Source of the DNA: Histomonas meleagridis 2922-C6/04-290x
Taxonomy: Eukaryota > Protista > Parabasalia
Reading direction: 5' to 3'
Length of the DNA stretch: 64,000 nucleotides
NCBI GenBank assembly: GCA_020184695.1
Contig: JAANOX010000216.1
Span: 12,034 to 76,033, forward strand
The notes under the pieces are model-generated. The model searched no databases. It saw only the letters and a program-made list of their open reading frames with translations, and had not been told where the DNA came from. Made by a program: the position numbers and the translations under genes. This document shows positions 45,026 to 58,217 of this stretch, in pieces (position 1 is the stretch's first letter; each line of letters opens with the position of its first letter).

Positions 45026-48000
45026 ATGACGAACAATGTTACTAATGATGATACTAATGTCTTAAACACAGGAAATAAAAATTTAAATTATTTATCAATC
45101 TGCTTGAAATTCCTAAATGAGCTTGAGAAAACTATATTCAGTTTAACATAAGAAAACTTTCAGACGTACTTTACAAAAGTATTGGGATTTTTTGATTCAA
45201 ATTATCCCTATACATTTAATACGATTAATATATATTATTACCATTATAAGTAATATAGTTTTTAATGCATTTTCATCACGAAAACAAGTATTTGATATTT
45301 ACATAAATTTTTTAAAAGAACTTCAAATGAAAGAAGAAGAAATTAATCAAAATATCGTTAAATTAATATCAATTTTTATCAAACGTATATCTACAACGAA
45401 CACACAAGAATCATATTATTTAATAGAACAAATGATTGAACAAAATTTAATTGATAAAAATATCACCAAAAATATTAATTCAAAATATTTTGCACATTAT
45501 AAACCAAAAGAAGAAAATCAAATCCAAATGACATTTGGATCTAATAGAAATGATCCGATAGAAAAATACTTTTTGGATAATCATTTATAATATGTTTTAA
45601 TAATTTGGAATATGTTTTAATAATTTAAAATATGTTTTAATAATTTAAAATATGTTTTAATAATTTGAAATATGTTTTAATAATTTAAAATATGTTTTAA
45701 TAATTTAAAATATGTTTTAATAATTTGAAATATGTTTTAATAATTTAAAATATGTTTTAATAATTTGAAATATGTTTTAATAATTTAAAATATGTTTTAA
45801 TAATTTGAAACAGCACTTCATATAGCAGTTAGAAATAATAATATAGAAATAGTAAAATTTACTTTTAGATAAAGGAATTGATGTTAATGCAAAAACTATT
45901 CATTTGAATAATTTGGAATATGTTTTAATAATTTGAAATATGTTTTAATAATTTAAAATATGTTTTAATAATTTGACACAGCACTTCATATAGCAGTTAG
46001 AAATAATAATATAGAAATAGTAAAATTACTTTTAGATAAAGGAATTGATGTTAATGCAAAAAACATTCATTTGAATAATTTGGAATATGTTTTAATAATT
46101 TGGAATATGTTTTAATAATTTGGAATATGTTTTAATAATTTGACACAGCACTTCATATAGCAGTTAGAAATAATAATATAGAAATAGTAAAATTACTCTT
46201 AGATAAAGGAATTGATGTTAATGCAAAACTATTTATTTGAATAATTTGGAATATGTTTTAATAATTTGAAATATGTTTTAATAATTTGGAATATGTTTTA
46301 ATAATTCGGAATATGTTTTAATAATTTGGAATATGTTTTAATAATTTGGAATATGTTTCAATAATTTGGAATATGTTTTAATAATTTGACACAGCACTTC
46401 ATATAGCAGTTAGAAATAATAATATAGAAATAGTAAAATTACTTTTAGATAAAGGAATTGATGTTAATGACATTCATTTGAATCATTTATAATATGTTTT
46501 AATAATTTGGAATATGTTTTAATAATTTGGAATATGTTTTAATAATTTGACACAGCACTTCATATAGCAGTTAGAAATAATAATATAGAAATAGTAAAAT
46601 TACTTTTAGATAAAGGAATTGATGTTAATGCAAAAAACATTCATTTGAATCATTTATAATATGTTTTAAAAATTTTGGAATATGTTTTTAATAATTTGGT
46701 TTATGTTTTAATAATTTGAAACAGCACTTCATATAGCAGTTAGAAATAATAATATAGAAATAGTAAAATTACTTTTAGATAAAGGAATTGATGTTAATGC
46801 AAAAAAAAAAAAAAAAATAATTTTAATAATTTTGGATTTATTTTAATAATTTGGAATATGTTTTAATAATTTGGAATATGTTTTTTATAATTTGGAATAT
46901 GTTTTAATAATTTGGAATATGTTTTAATAATTTGACACAGCACTTCATATAGCAGTTAGAAATAATAATATAGAAATAGTAAAATTACTTTTAGATAAAG
47001 GAATTGATGTTAATGCAAAAAACATTCATTTGAATAATTTGGAATATGTTTTAATAATTTAAAATATGTTTTAATAATTTAAAATATGTTTTAATAATTT
47101 AAAATATGTTTTAATAATTTAAAATATGTTTTAATAATTTGGAATATGTTTTAATAATTTAAAATATGTTTTAATAATTTGAAATATGTTTTAATAATTT
47201 AAAATATGTTTTAATAATTTAAAATATGTTTTAATAATTTGAAATATGTTTTAATAATTTAAAATATGTTTTAATAATTTGAAACAGCACTTCATATAGC
47301 AGTTAGAAATAATAATATAGAAATAGTAAAATTACTTTTAGATAAAGGAATTGATGTTAATGCAAAAACTATTCATTTGAATAATTTGGAATATGTTTTA
47401 ATAATTTGAAATATGTTTTAATAATTTAAAATATGTTTTAATAATTTGACACAGCACTTCATATAGCAGTTAGAAATAATAATATAGAAATAGTAAAATT
47501 ACTTTTAGATAAAGGAATTGATGTTAATGCAAAAAACATTCATTTGAATAATTTGGAATATGTTTTAATAATTTGGAATATGTTTTAATAATTTGGAATA
47601 TGTTTTAATAATTTGACACAGCACTTCATATAGCAGTTAGAAATAATAATATAGAAATAGTAAAATCACTTTTTAGATAAAGGGAATTGATGTTAATGCA
47701 CATTCATTTGAATAATTTGGAATATGTTTTAATAATTTGGAATATGTTTTAATAATTTGGAATATGTTTTAATAATTTGGAATATGTTTTAATAATTTGG
47801 AATATGTTTTAATAATTTGGAATATGTTTCAATAATTTGGAATATGTTTTAATAATTTGGAATATGTTTTAATAATTTGACACAGCACTTCATATAGCAG
47901 TTAGAAATAATAATATAGAAATAGTAAAATTACTTTTAGATAAAGGAATTGATGTTAATGCAATTCATTTGAATCATTTTATAATATGTTTTAATAATTT

Positions 48001-49325
48001 GGAATATGTTTTAATAATTTGGAATATGTTTTAATAATTTGAAACAGCACTTCATATAGCAGTTAGAAATAATAATATAGAAATAGTAAAATTACTTTTA
48101 GATAAAGGAATTGATGTTAATGCAAAAAACATTCATTTGAATAATTTGGAATATGTTTTAATAATTTGGAATATGTTTTAATAATTTGGAATATGTTTTA
48201 ATAATTTGGAATATGTTTTAATAATTTGGAATATGTTTTAATAATTTGGAATATGTTTTAATAATTTGGAATATGTTTTAATAATTTGGAATATGTTTTA
48301 ATAATTTGGAATATGTTTTAATAATTTGACACAGCACTTCATATAGCAGTTAGAAATAATAATATAGAAATAGTAAAATTTACTTTTAGATAAAAGGAAT
48401 TGATGTTAATGCAAAAAACATTCATTTGAATCATTTATAATATGTTTTAATAATTTGGAATATGTTTTAATAATTTGGAATATGTTTTAATAATTTGAAA
48501 CAGCACTTCATATAGCAGTTAGAAATAATAATATAGAAATAGTAAAATTACTTTTAGATAAAGGAATTGATGTTAATGCAAAAAACATTCATTTGAATCA
48601 TTTATAATATGTTTTAATAATTTGGAATATGTTTTAATAATTTGGAATATGTTTTAATAATTTGAAACAGCACTTCATATAGCAGTTAGAAATAATAATA
48701 TAGAAATAGTAAAATTACTTTTAGATAAAGGAATTGATGTTAATGCAAAAAACATTCATTTGAATCATTTATAATATGTTTTAATAATTTGGAATATGTT
48801 TTAATAATTTGACACAGCACTTCATATAGCAGTTAGAAATAATAATATAGAAATAGTAAAATTACTTTTAGATAAAGGAATTGATGTTAATGCAAAAACT
48901 ATTCATTTGAATAATTTGGAATATGTTTTAATAATTTGAAATATGTTTTAATAATTTAGAATATGTTTTAATAATTTGAAACAGCACTTGAAATAGCACA
49001 ACATTTTGGTTACACAGAAATCATAAATTTACTCCTTGAAAAAAGTACAAACGAAAATTCTAATTCAGATTCCTCTTCTACAAATATCAAATCTTCATTT
49101 TCAATCAGAAATAGAAATGAAGCATATATTGCTAATAATCAAAATCAACTCAAAGATCGAATGTATGCAGAAAACAATCGAAATAATTGTATCAAAACAA
49201 AAGTTGATATAAACACACAAACATATGAAAATCATCGAAATTGCAATATACAACATAACAAATATCACCACAAAGCAAAATATTTTATAATAATCGCTTT
49301 GGGTTCAAATGAATCGAAATTTTGA
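45026..49325 (+). pseudogene. DUF3447-family ankyrin paralogue with an internally deleted head and a homogenised module array (locus A5)
   Basis: The N-terminus parallels 50618, but has a premature TAA (TTA ACA TAA vs GAA) and a frameshift. The head is cut at about 45581 and joined directly to 20-nt repeats. There are 16 near-identical modules TALHIAVRNNNIEIVKLLLDKGIDVNAK[NT] (45810-48900) and an open 114-codon terminal module/tail at 48981..49325. Confidence 0.75.
45582..48980 (+). repeat. Compound tandem repeat: 87-nt ankyrin module plus n x 20-nt unit (ATATGTTTTAATAATTTGGA)
   Basis: Module-to-module distances are 147-347 nt, about 87+20n with n = 3 to 13 and a mode of 4. Confidence 0.9.
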
Positions 49326-50586
49326 TATCTGCAAATGTTCTCAAGGTATTTAATAATAATTTCATTGTTTGCATCATCGTTTAGAAAATGAAACAGTTTA
49401 ATTTCCATATTACAAAAGTTACACACATAAACAAATGACTTTTTGAAATTGACATGCTTGGAAACACATTAAATAAATATACAATTAGAATTTACCAAAG
49501 TAAATATGAATTTTTTTTTGATAATGATTTTATATATTTTTTGTTTAAAGACTACTTTTTTGAGATTATATTCTTAGAAATTATATTATTAAATCACAGA
49601 AAAAATAAAACCAAGATAATGAATTTTAAAATATATTTTTTTGAGAAACCAAAAAACCACATGAAATGTTTTGAAAATGTTTGAAAATAATGAACAAAAT
49701 ATATCTTTAATTTGTACATCATAAAAATTTTATTGCAATAAAAACAAAATCAAATGGTTTTAACGCACTAACATAAATAATCACCACACAAACACATAAA
49801 AAATTCAATATTATAATTGTTCGTTTTATGAAACAATTAATACGAGTAAGCCGGAGAAATCGACTCTATATGTTAATTTTATAATTATATGCCAAACTGA
49901 TCAGTTTTGTGAACAATTTTCCTGATTCATGATTTTCATTTCGTGAAAAAGACATAATGGAAACACTATTACTATCACTTCTTGTTTTCAAAAGAGATAA
50001 ATGTGCTAACGCAATAAAAACCATGGAGAAATAGGTATTTCCCATTGATGAAAATTTTGATTATTTCAAAAAGTTCAAAAAATTAACAGTTATGATTCAA
50101 AAATTGAAAAAAATGAGCGTAACAATTGAGAATATTTCGTCAAATCGCAATTTTTAACACAATAAATTGAACGTTAAACAAATCAATTTCGTTGTCTTAA
50201 AAGTTCGAGCAACTCTATCTATTTGTATACATATGGATTTGTCACTTTTATTTTGGAATAAATTCTCTTTAAAATTTTTCTCGAAGTCGCTCCATACCTA
50301 TCAAATATACCAGCACTCCGGGTCATTTGTTTTAGTTTTTGATATATATAATTTGTTCATTTGTTATTTTGGAATTTTTATCTCCCCATTAAGTTTGTTT
50401 CAACGTCACTTTCCTGTAAAGTAACAAATGAAATTATATACATTACTTGATTTTAGCTCGATATAGGACGTTAAAAACAATGACAGTAACCTCAAAATAT
50501 TTTGGGGGGTGCCGAGCGTGGCATTCTTTTTTCCCAATATTTTGACGTATTCAACTTTTTGAATTAATAAAGTTTTGAAAACCAGT

Positions 50587-50594
50587 GACCGTTT
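50587..50594 (+). promoter_or_regulatory. M3-like core promoter motif (GACCGTTT)
   Basis: Ends 23 nt upstream of the ATG at 50618. Confidence 0.5.
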
Positions 50595-50617
50595 ATTGAC
50601 AATTATTTTGCTAAAGC

Positions 50618-53600
50618 ATGCCTAATGATGATACTGCCAAAAACACAGGGGACAAACAGTTGGGTGATCTGTCAACCTGCTTGAAATTCCTAATTGAGCT
50701 TGAGAAAACTATTTTCAGTTTAACAGAAGAAAACTTTCAGATGTACTTTACAAAAGTATTGGAATTATTCGATTCAAATTATCCCTGTACATTTAATATT
50801 ATTATAAGTAACATCGTTTATAATGCATTTTCATCACAAAAACATGAATTTGATATTTACTTAAATTTTTTAAAAGCACTTCAAACTAAAGAAGAAGAAA
50901 TTAATCAAAACACAGTTAAACTAATATCAATTTTTATCAAACGTATATCTACATTCAGCACACAAGAATCATATTATTTAATAGAACAAATGATTGAACA
51001 AAATTTGGTTGATAAAAATATAACTAAAAACATTAAATCAAAATATTTTGCTCATTATAAAACAGAAAAAGAAAATCATTTTTCATTTGGGTCTAATAGA
51101 TATGATCCAATAGAAAAATACTTTTTGGATAATTATGAAGAACTTTCAAAGAATGATTGGGAACTTCATAAGAAGTATATTAAAGAAGGAAATAATCCAA
51201 CTGAAATTGCGAAAATAATTCGAAAAGATAAAATCGAAAAACTTCAAGAAATATCATCACAAAGTAATTTTGATTTTAATCAAACAATTGAGCCATCACT
51301 TTATGAAAGATGTTCATTTATTAATCATAAAAATGTTACATTAATTGATTATGCAGCATTTTTTGGATCAGTTAAATGTTTTAAATATTTACTTATGAAT
51401 GGCTTTAACATAAATAATACAGGTAAATATGCTGTTGCAGGTGGAAATCTTGAAATTATTCATTTATGTGAACAGAATCATTCATCATTTGAAGGTTCAT
51501 ATGAAACAGCAATTAAATTCCATCAAAATGATATCTTTAAATATGTTTATGAGAATAAATTAGAAAAAATACGATCAACACCGAAAATGTCTGAAGATAA
51601 AACTAATGATTTAATCAGCTTCTGTATTTTAAATGATAATTATGAAATTTTAGCATTTTTGGAAGAAAAAGGAAATAATATTAATGCGGGTGATATAAAT
51701 GAATCAGCAAGAAATGGGAATTTATATCTCGCTAAACATTTCCTTCAAAAAAATCAAATTCCAAAAGATATTTTATTATTTGCTTCAGAATCAGGAAATA
51801 TTGAACTTGTGAAATATGTTTTGGAACAAAAAGGAATTGATGTTAATGCAAAATATATTCATTTGAATAATTTTATATATGTTTTAATAATTTGGAATAT
51901 GTTTTAATAATTTGGAATATGTTTTAATAATTTATAATATGTTTTAATAATTTTATATATGTTTTAATAATTTGGAATATGTTTTAATAATTTGGAATAT
52001 GTTTTAATAATTTATAATATGTTTTAATAATTTGAAATATGTTTTAATAATTTGGAATATGTTTTAATAATTTGGAATATGTTTTAATAATTTGACACAG
52101 CACTTCATATAGCAGTTAGAAATAATAATATAGAAATAGTAAAATTACTTTTAGATAAAGGAATTGATGTTAATGCAAAAAACATTCATTTGAATCATTT
52201 ATAATATGTTTTAATAATTTGGAATATGTTTTAATAATTTGGAATATGTTTTAATAATTTGGAATATGTTTTAATAATTTGACACAGCACTTCATATAGC
52301 AGTTAGAAATAATAATATAGAAATAGTAAAATTACTTTTAGATAAAGAAGGAATTGATGTTAATGCAAAAACTATTCATTTGAATAATTTGGAATATGTT
52401 TTAATAATTTATAATATGTTTTAATAATTTGGAATATGTTTTAATAATTTGACACAGCACTTCATATAGCAGTTAGAAATAATAATATAGAAATAGTAAA
52501 ATTACTTTTAGATAAAGAAGGAATTGATGTTAATGCAAAAAACATTCATTTGAATAATTTGGAATATGTTTTAATAATTTATAATATGTTTTAATAATTT
52601 GGAATATGTTTTAATAATTTGACACAGCACTTCATATAGCAGTTAGAAATAATAATATAGAAATAGTAAAATTACTTTTAGATAAAGAAGGAATTGATGT
52701 TAATGCAAAAACTATTCATTTGAATAATTTGGAATATGTTTTAATAATTTGGAATATGTTTTAATAATTTGAAATATGTTTTAATAATTTGACACAGCAC
52801 TTCATATAGCAGTTAGAAATAATAATATAGAAATAGTAAAATTACTTTTAGATAAAGGAAAACATTCATTTGAATCATTTATAATATGTTTTAATAATTT
52901 GGAATATGTTTTAATAATTTGAAATATGTTTTAATAATTTGGAATATGTTTTAATAATTTGACACAGCACTTCATATAGCAGTTAGAAATAATAATATAG
53001 AAATAGTAAAATTACTTTTAGATAAAGGAATTGATGTTAATGCAAAAAACATTCATTTGAATAATTTGGAATATGTTTTAATAATTTGGAATATGTTTTA
53101 ATAATTTAGAATATGTTTTAATAATTTAGAATATGTTTTAATAATTTGGAATATGTTTTAATAATTTAGAATATGTTTTAATAATTTGAAATATGTTTTA
53201 ATAATTTGACACAGCACTTCATATAGCAGTTAGAAATAATAATATAGAAATAGTAAAATTACTTTTAGATAAAGGAATTGATGTTAATGCACATTCATTT
53301 GAATCATTTATAATATGTTTTAATAATTTGGAATATGTTTTAATAATTTGAAATATGTTTTAATAATTTGACACAGCACTTCATATAGCAGTTAGAAATA
53401 ATAATATAGAAATAGTAAAATTACTTTTAGATAAAGGAATTGATGTTAATGCAAAAAACATTCATTTGAATCATTTATAATATGTTTTAATAATTTGGAA
53501 TATGTTTTAATAATTTGAAATATGTTTTAATAATTTGAAACAGCACTTCATATAGCAGTTAGAAATAATAATATAGAAATAGTAAAATTACTTTTAGATA

Positions 53601-54213
53601 AAGAAGGAATTGATGTTAATGCAAAAATTATTCATTTGAATAATTTAGAATATGTTTTAATAATTTGGAATATGTTTTAATAATTTGAAATATGTTTTAA
53701 TAATTTGAAACAGCACTTCATATAGCAGTTAGAAATAATAATATAGAAATAGTAAAATTACTTTTAGATAAAGGAATTGATGTTAATGCAAAATATATTC
53801 ATTTGAATAATTTGGAATATGTTTTAATAATTTGGAATATGTTTTAATAATTTGGAATATGTTTTAATAATTTGACACAGCACTTCATATAGCAGTTAGA
53901 AATAATAATATAGAAATAGTAAAATTACTTTTAGATAAAGGAATTGATGTTAATGCAAAAATACATTCATTTGAATCATTTATAATATGTTTTAATAATT
54001 TGGAATATGTTTTAATAATTTGGAATATGTTTTAATAATTTGACACAGCACTTCATATAGCAGTTAGAAATAATAATATAGAAATAGTAAAATTACTTTT
54101 AGATAAAGGAATTGATGTTAATGCAAAAACTATTCATTTGAATAATTTGGAATATGTTTTAATAATTTGGAATATGTTTTAATAATTTGGAATATGTTTT
54201 AATAATTTGAAAT
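50618..54213 (+). CDS. DUF3447-type ankyrin gene with 12 homogenised interrupted modules, 3'-truncated by the palindrome (locus A6)
   Basis: Intact 429-codon head ORF. The first spacer is 51857..52096 (240 nt, 12 units). Modules start at 52097, 52284, 52454, 52624, 52794, 52964, 53211, 53373, 53540, 53710, 53877 and 54045. There is no terminal module; the array stops inside a 20-nt unit. Confidence 0.8.
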
Positions 54214-56675
54214 ATGTCTTTGCTGTCTTTAGAGACTTTACTTTGTTTTGAAATTTGTAGGCACAACGGCAAAAAGGCACAAATTAATGATATTATTATT
54301 AAAGATTGATATATAGAGATTAATTATATAATAGTATTATTATTAAAAGCATATTATTAGAGATTAATTATATAACAGATTTATTATTAAAAGCATATTA
54401 TTAGAGATTGGTATATACAGATTAATTATATAACAGTATTATTATTAACAATTGATATATGGAGATTAATTATTCACAGATTAATTATTAACAATTGATA
54501 TATGGAGATTAATTATTCACAGATTAATTATTAACAATTGATATATGGAGATTAATTATTCACAGATTAATTATTAACAATTGATATATGAGATTAATTA
54601 TTCACAGATTAATTATTAACAATTGATATATGGAGATTAATTATTCACAGATTAATTATTAACAATTGATATATGGAGATTAATTATTCACAGATTAATT
54701 ATTAACAATTGATATATGGAGATTAATTATTCACAGATTAATTATTAACAATTGATATATGGAGATTAATTATTCACAGATTTTATTTTAAAAAATCTAA
54801 GTGTCTTCATGTCTTTGGATGTCTTCGGTGACATTACCTTGTTTTGAAATTTGTAGGCACAACGGCAAAAAGGCACATAGATTAATTATTATTTTTTAGA
54901 GATTTATTCATTAAAACATATTGCTATCTATAGCTATATATATACAGATTTTATTATTATATGCTATTTGCTTCAAAAACCTCATAGTTTAATATCTCAT
55001 CTAAAGACATAAAGACAAAGAAAAATAATAAATTAATTCAATATGTTATTCTCGAATTATTAACAGTTATATATGTAAAGAATATCATTCTAGAGAGATA
55101 ATTTCTTAGTATTATACTTCAAAATAGAACTTCTAAATACTCATATTTTAACAGTGCATTATTTCAACAGATATATAATAGTTATAAATTCAAAATAGAT
55201 ATTAATACTTTATTCTCGATATATAGGTTGTTAATAATTGATTATATGAGTAAAAATAAATAACAGCAAATCTATCCCTAGCCCAACTATTGACAAATAA
55301 TTACATCAAAATATACGTTAAATATTAACATTAACAACTATATTTTAAAACCTATATTTAAAAATTTTTAAATTCCAACATCCAACCTCCAACATCTCTA
55401 TACCTTAATAAAGTAAAATCTAATCTCTATCATCTAATAACAATTTTTTAACAGTTTTGAATTTAAAATAATAACCATAAAGAATAAAAAATTAAAAAAT
55501 AATAACCATAAAGTATAAAAATTTTTAAATATAGGTTTTAAAATATAGTTGTTAATGTTAATATTTAACGTATATTTTGATGTAATTATTTGTCAATAGT
55601 TGGGCTAGGGATAGATTTGCTGTTATTTATTTTTACTCATATAATCAATTATTAACAACCTATATATCGAGAATAAAGTATTAATATCTATTTTGAATTT
55701 ATAACTATTATATATCTGTTGAAATAATGCACTGTTAAAATATGAGTATTTAGAAGTTCTATTTTGAAGTATAATACTAAGAAATTATCTCTCTAGAATG
55801 ATATTCTTTACATATATAACTGTTAATAATTCGAGAATAACATATTGAATTAATTTATTATTTTTCTTTGTCTTTATGTCTTTAGATGAGATATTAAAAC
55901 TATGAGGTTTTTTGAAGCAAATAGCATATAATAATAAAATCTGTATATATATAGCTATAGATAGCAATATGTTTTAATGAATAAATCTCTAAAAAATAAT
56001 AATTAATCTATGTGCCTTTTTGCCGTTGTGCCTACAAATTTCAAAACAAGGTAATGTCACCGAAGACATCCAAAGACATGAAGACACTTAGATTTTTTAA
56101 AATAAAATCTGTGAATAATTAATCTCCATATATCAATTGTTAATAATTAATCTGTGAATAATTAATCTCCATATATCAATTGTTAATAATTAATCTGTGA
56201 ATAATTAATCTCCATATATCAATTGTTAATAATTAATCTGTGAATAATTAATCTCCATATATCAATTGTTAATAATTAATCTGTGAATAATTAATCTCCA
56301 TATATCAATTGTTAATAATTAATCTGTGAATAATTAATCTCCATATATCAATTGTTAATAATTAATCTGTGAATAATTAATCTCCATATATCAATTGTTA
56401 ATAATTAATCTGTGAATAATTAATCTCCATATATCAATTGTTAATAATAATACTGTTATATAATTAATCTGTATATACCAATCTCTAATAATATGCTTTT
56501 AATAATAAATCTGTTATATAATTAATCTCTAATAATATGCTTTTAATAATAATACTATTATATAATTAATCTCTATATATCAATCTTTAATAATAATATC
56601 ATTAATTTGTGCCTTTTTGCCGTTGTGCCTACAAATTTCAAAACAAAGTAAAGTCTCTAAAGACAGCAAAGACAT
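54214..56675. repeat. Long palindrome: arms 54214..55370 and 55516..56675, with a 145-bp spacer
   Basis: ATGTCTTTGCTGTCTTTAGAGAC... at 54214 is the reverse complement of ...GTCTCTAAAGACAGCAAAGACAT ending at 56675. The arms differ only by a few small indels where checked. Confidence 0.9.
54448..54782 (+). repeat. 43-bp tandem repeat, 8 copies (last partial); mirrored at 56107..56441
   Basis: Unit ACAATTGATATATGGAGATTAATTATTCACAGATTAATTATTA starts at 54448, 54491, 54534, 54577, 54619, 54662, 54705 and 54748. Confidence 0.9.
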
Positions 56676-58217
56676 GAAGACACTTAGATTTTTAAAAATA
56701 AATTTAAAATGACATAAATCTCTCAAATAATAGCTGTTGAAATCAATAACTGTTGAGAATATAACTGTAGAGATGTAACTGTAGATATATAAATAACATA
56801 TATAATTAACTGTTGACAGATTACTGTTTAATAATATATCTTTATATAATATACTTTTTGAATATATACTTTAAAAATCAATACTTTAAAAATCAATACT
56901 TTAAAAAAATATACTTTTTGAATATATACTTATAAATATACAATTTTAAAAGCAGAACCATAAAAAAAGACCATATTTTCATGTCAAAAGTATTAATAAT
57001 TTATAGTAATATATTATTTTTATCTATTATTTTTCTATATATTTTTCAAACACTATGGTTCTTAGGTTCTTAGATGAGATATATAAACTATGAAGTTTTT
57101 TAACGCATATATATATTATGTTAGAATATTGCGTGATTGCGTTGTTGCGGGTCAAATTTATAATAATGTCAAGTTCTCAGGAACATCCAGGAACCCAGGA
57201 ACTTCTAAAAACCCTATAAAAATAACCAAAAACATCATACTTTTTAATAATACACCTTTATACATAATTATTAATAATTTAACCAAAAATAACTAATTGA
57301 TTTGTTAATAATATCTGAATATTATAACTACTAAAAACAATGATTTGTTATAATAACTGTTTAAATATAACTATTGAAATATAAATAACATATATAATTA
57401 ACTGTAGAGATATAACTGTAGATATATAAATAACATATATAATTAACTGTTGACAGATTACTGTTTAAATATAACTGCTGACATATAACTGTTGAAATAT
57501 AAATAACATATATAATTAACTATAGAGATATAACTGTTGAAATCTATAATGCAAAAAGCAGAAGCAGAAAAAACTCATTTTTGGGACCTAACCTTTAAAA
57601 CCCCCATTTCATCCTGCACATGTGCAAGATACAAAAACCTTATAAAATCAATCTTAAACATCGTATTTCCAAAATAATACACTTTTATACATAATTATTA
57701 ATAATTTAACCAGAAATAACATATTTGATTTGTTAATAATATCTTTAATAATATAACTTCTCAAAAACAATGATTTGTTATAATAATTGTTGAAATAATA
57801 ACGTCTAAATATATAAATCTCTCAAATAATAGCTGCTGACATAATAACATCAAAATACATTAATTTATAAATATAACTGTTGACATATAACTGTACATAA
57901 TAATATCTTAAGCAATAATTTATTAATAATATAACTGTTGAAAATATAACTATAGAGATATAAATAACATATATAATTAACTGTAGACAATATAACTGTT
58001 GACAATATAACTATTGACATAATATATCTTTACATAATAACTGTTGACATAATATATCTTGCAATAATAACGTCTAAATACATTAATTTGTAAATATAAC
58101 TATTTAAATACAAATAACATATATAATTAACTGTTGACATAATATATCTTAATAAATAACATCTAAATACATTAATTTGTAAATATAACATCTGTGTTTT
58201 AAATCTAATAAACTAAT

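Noticed and set aside
45582-54213. CRISPR-like appearance (constant block alternating with variable-length blocks)
   Set aside because: The constant block is ankyrin coding sequence and the variable block is a tandem 20-mer, not unique spacers. No cas genes are present and the context is eukaryotic.
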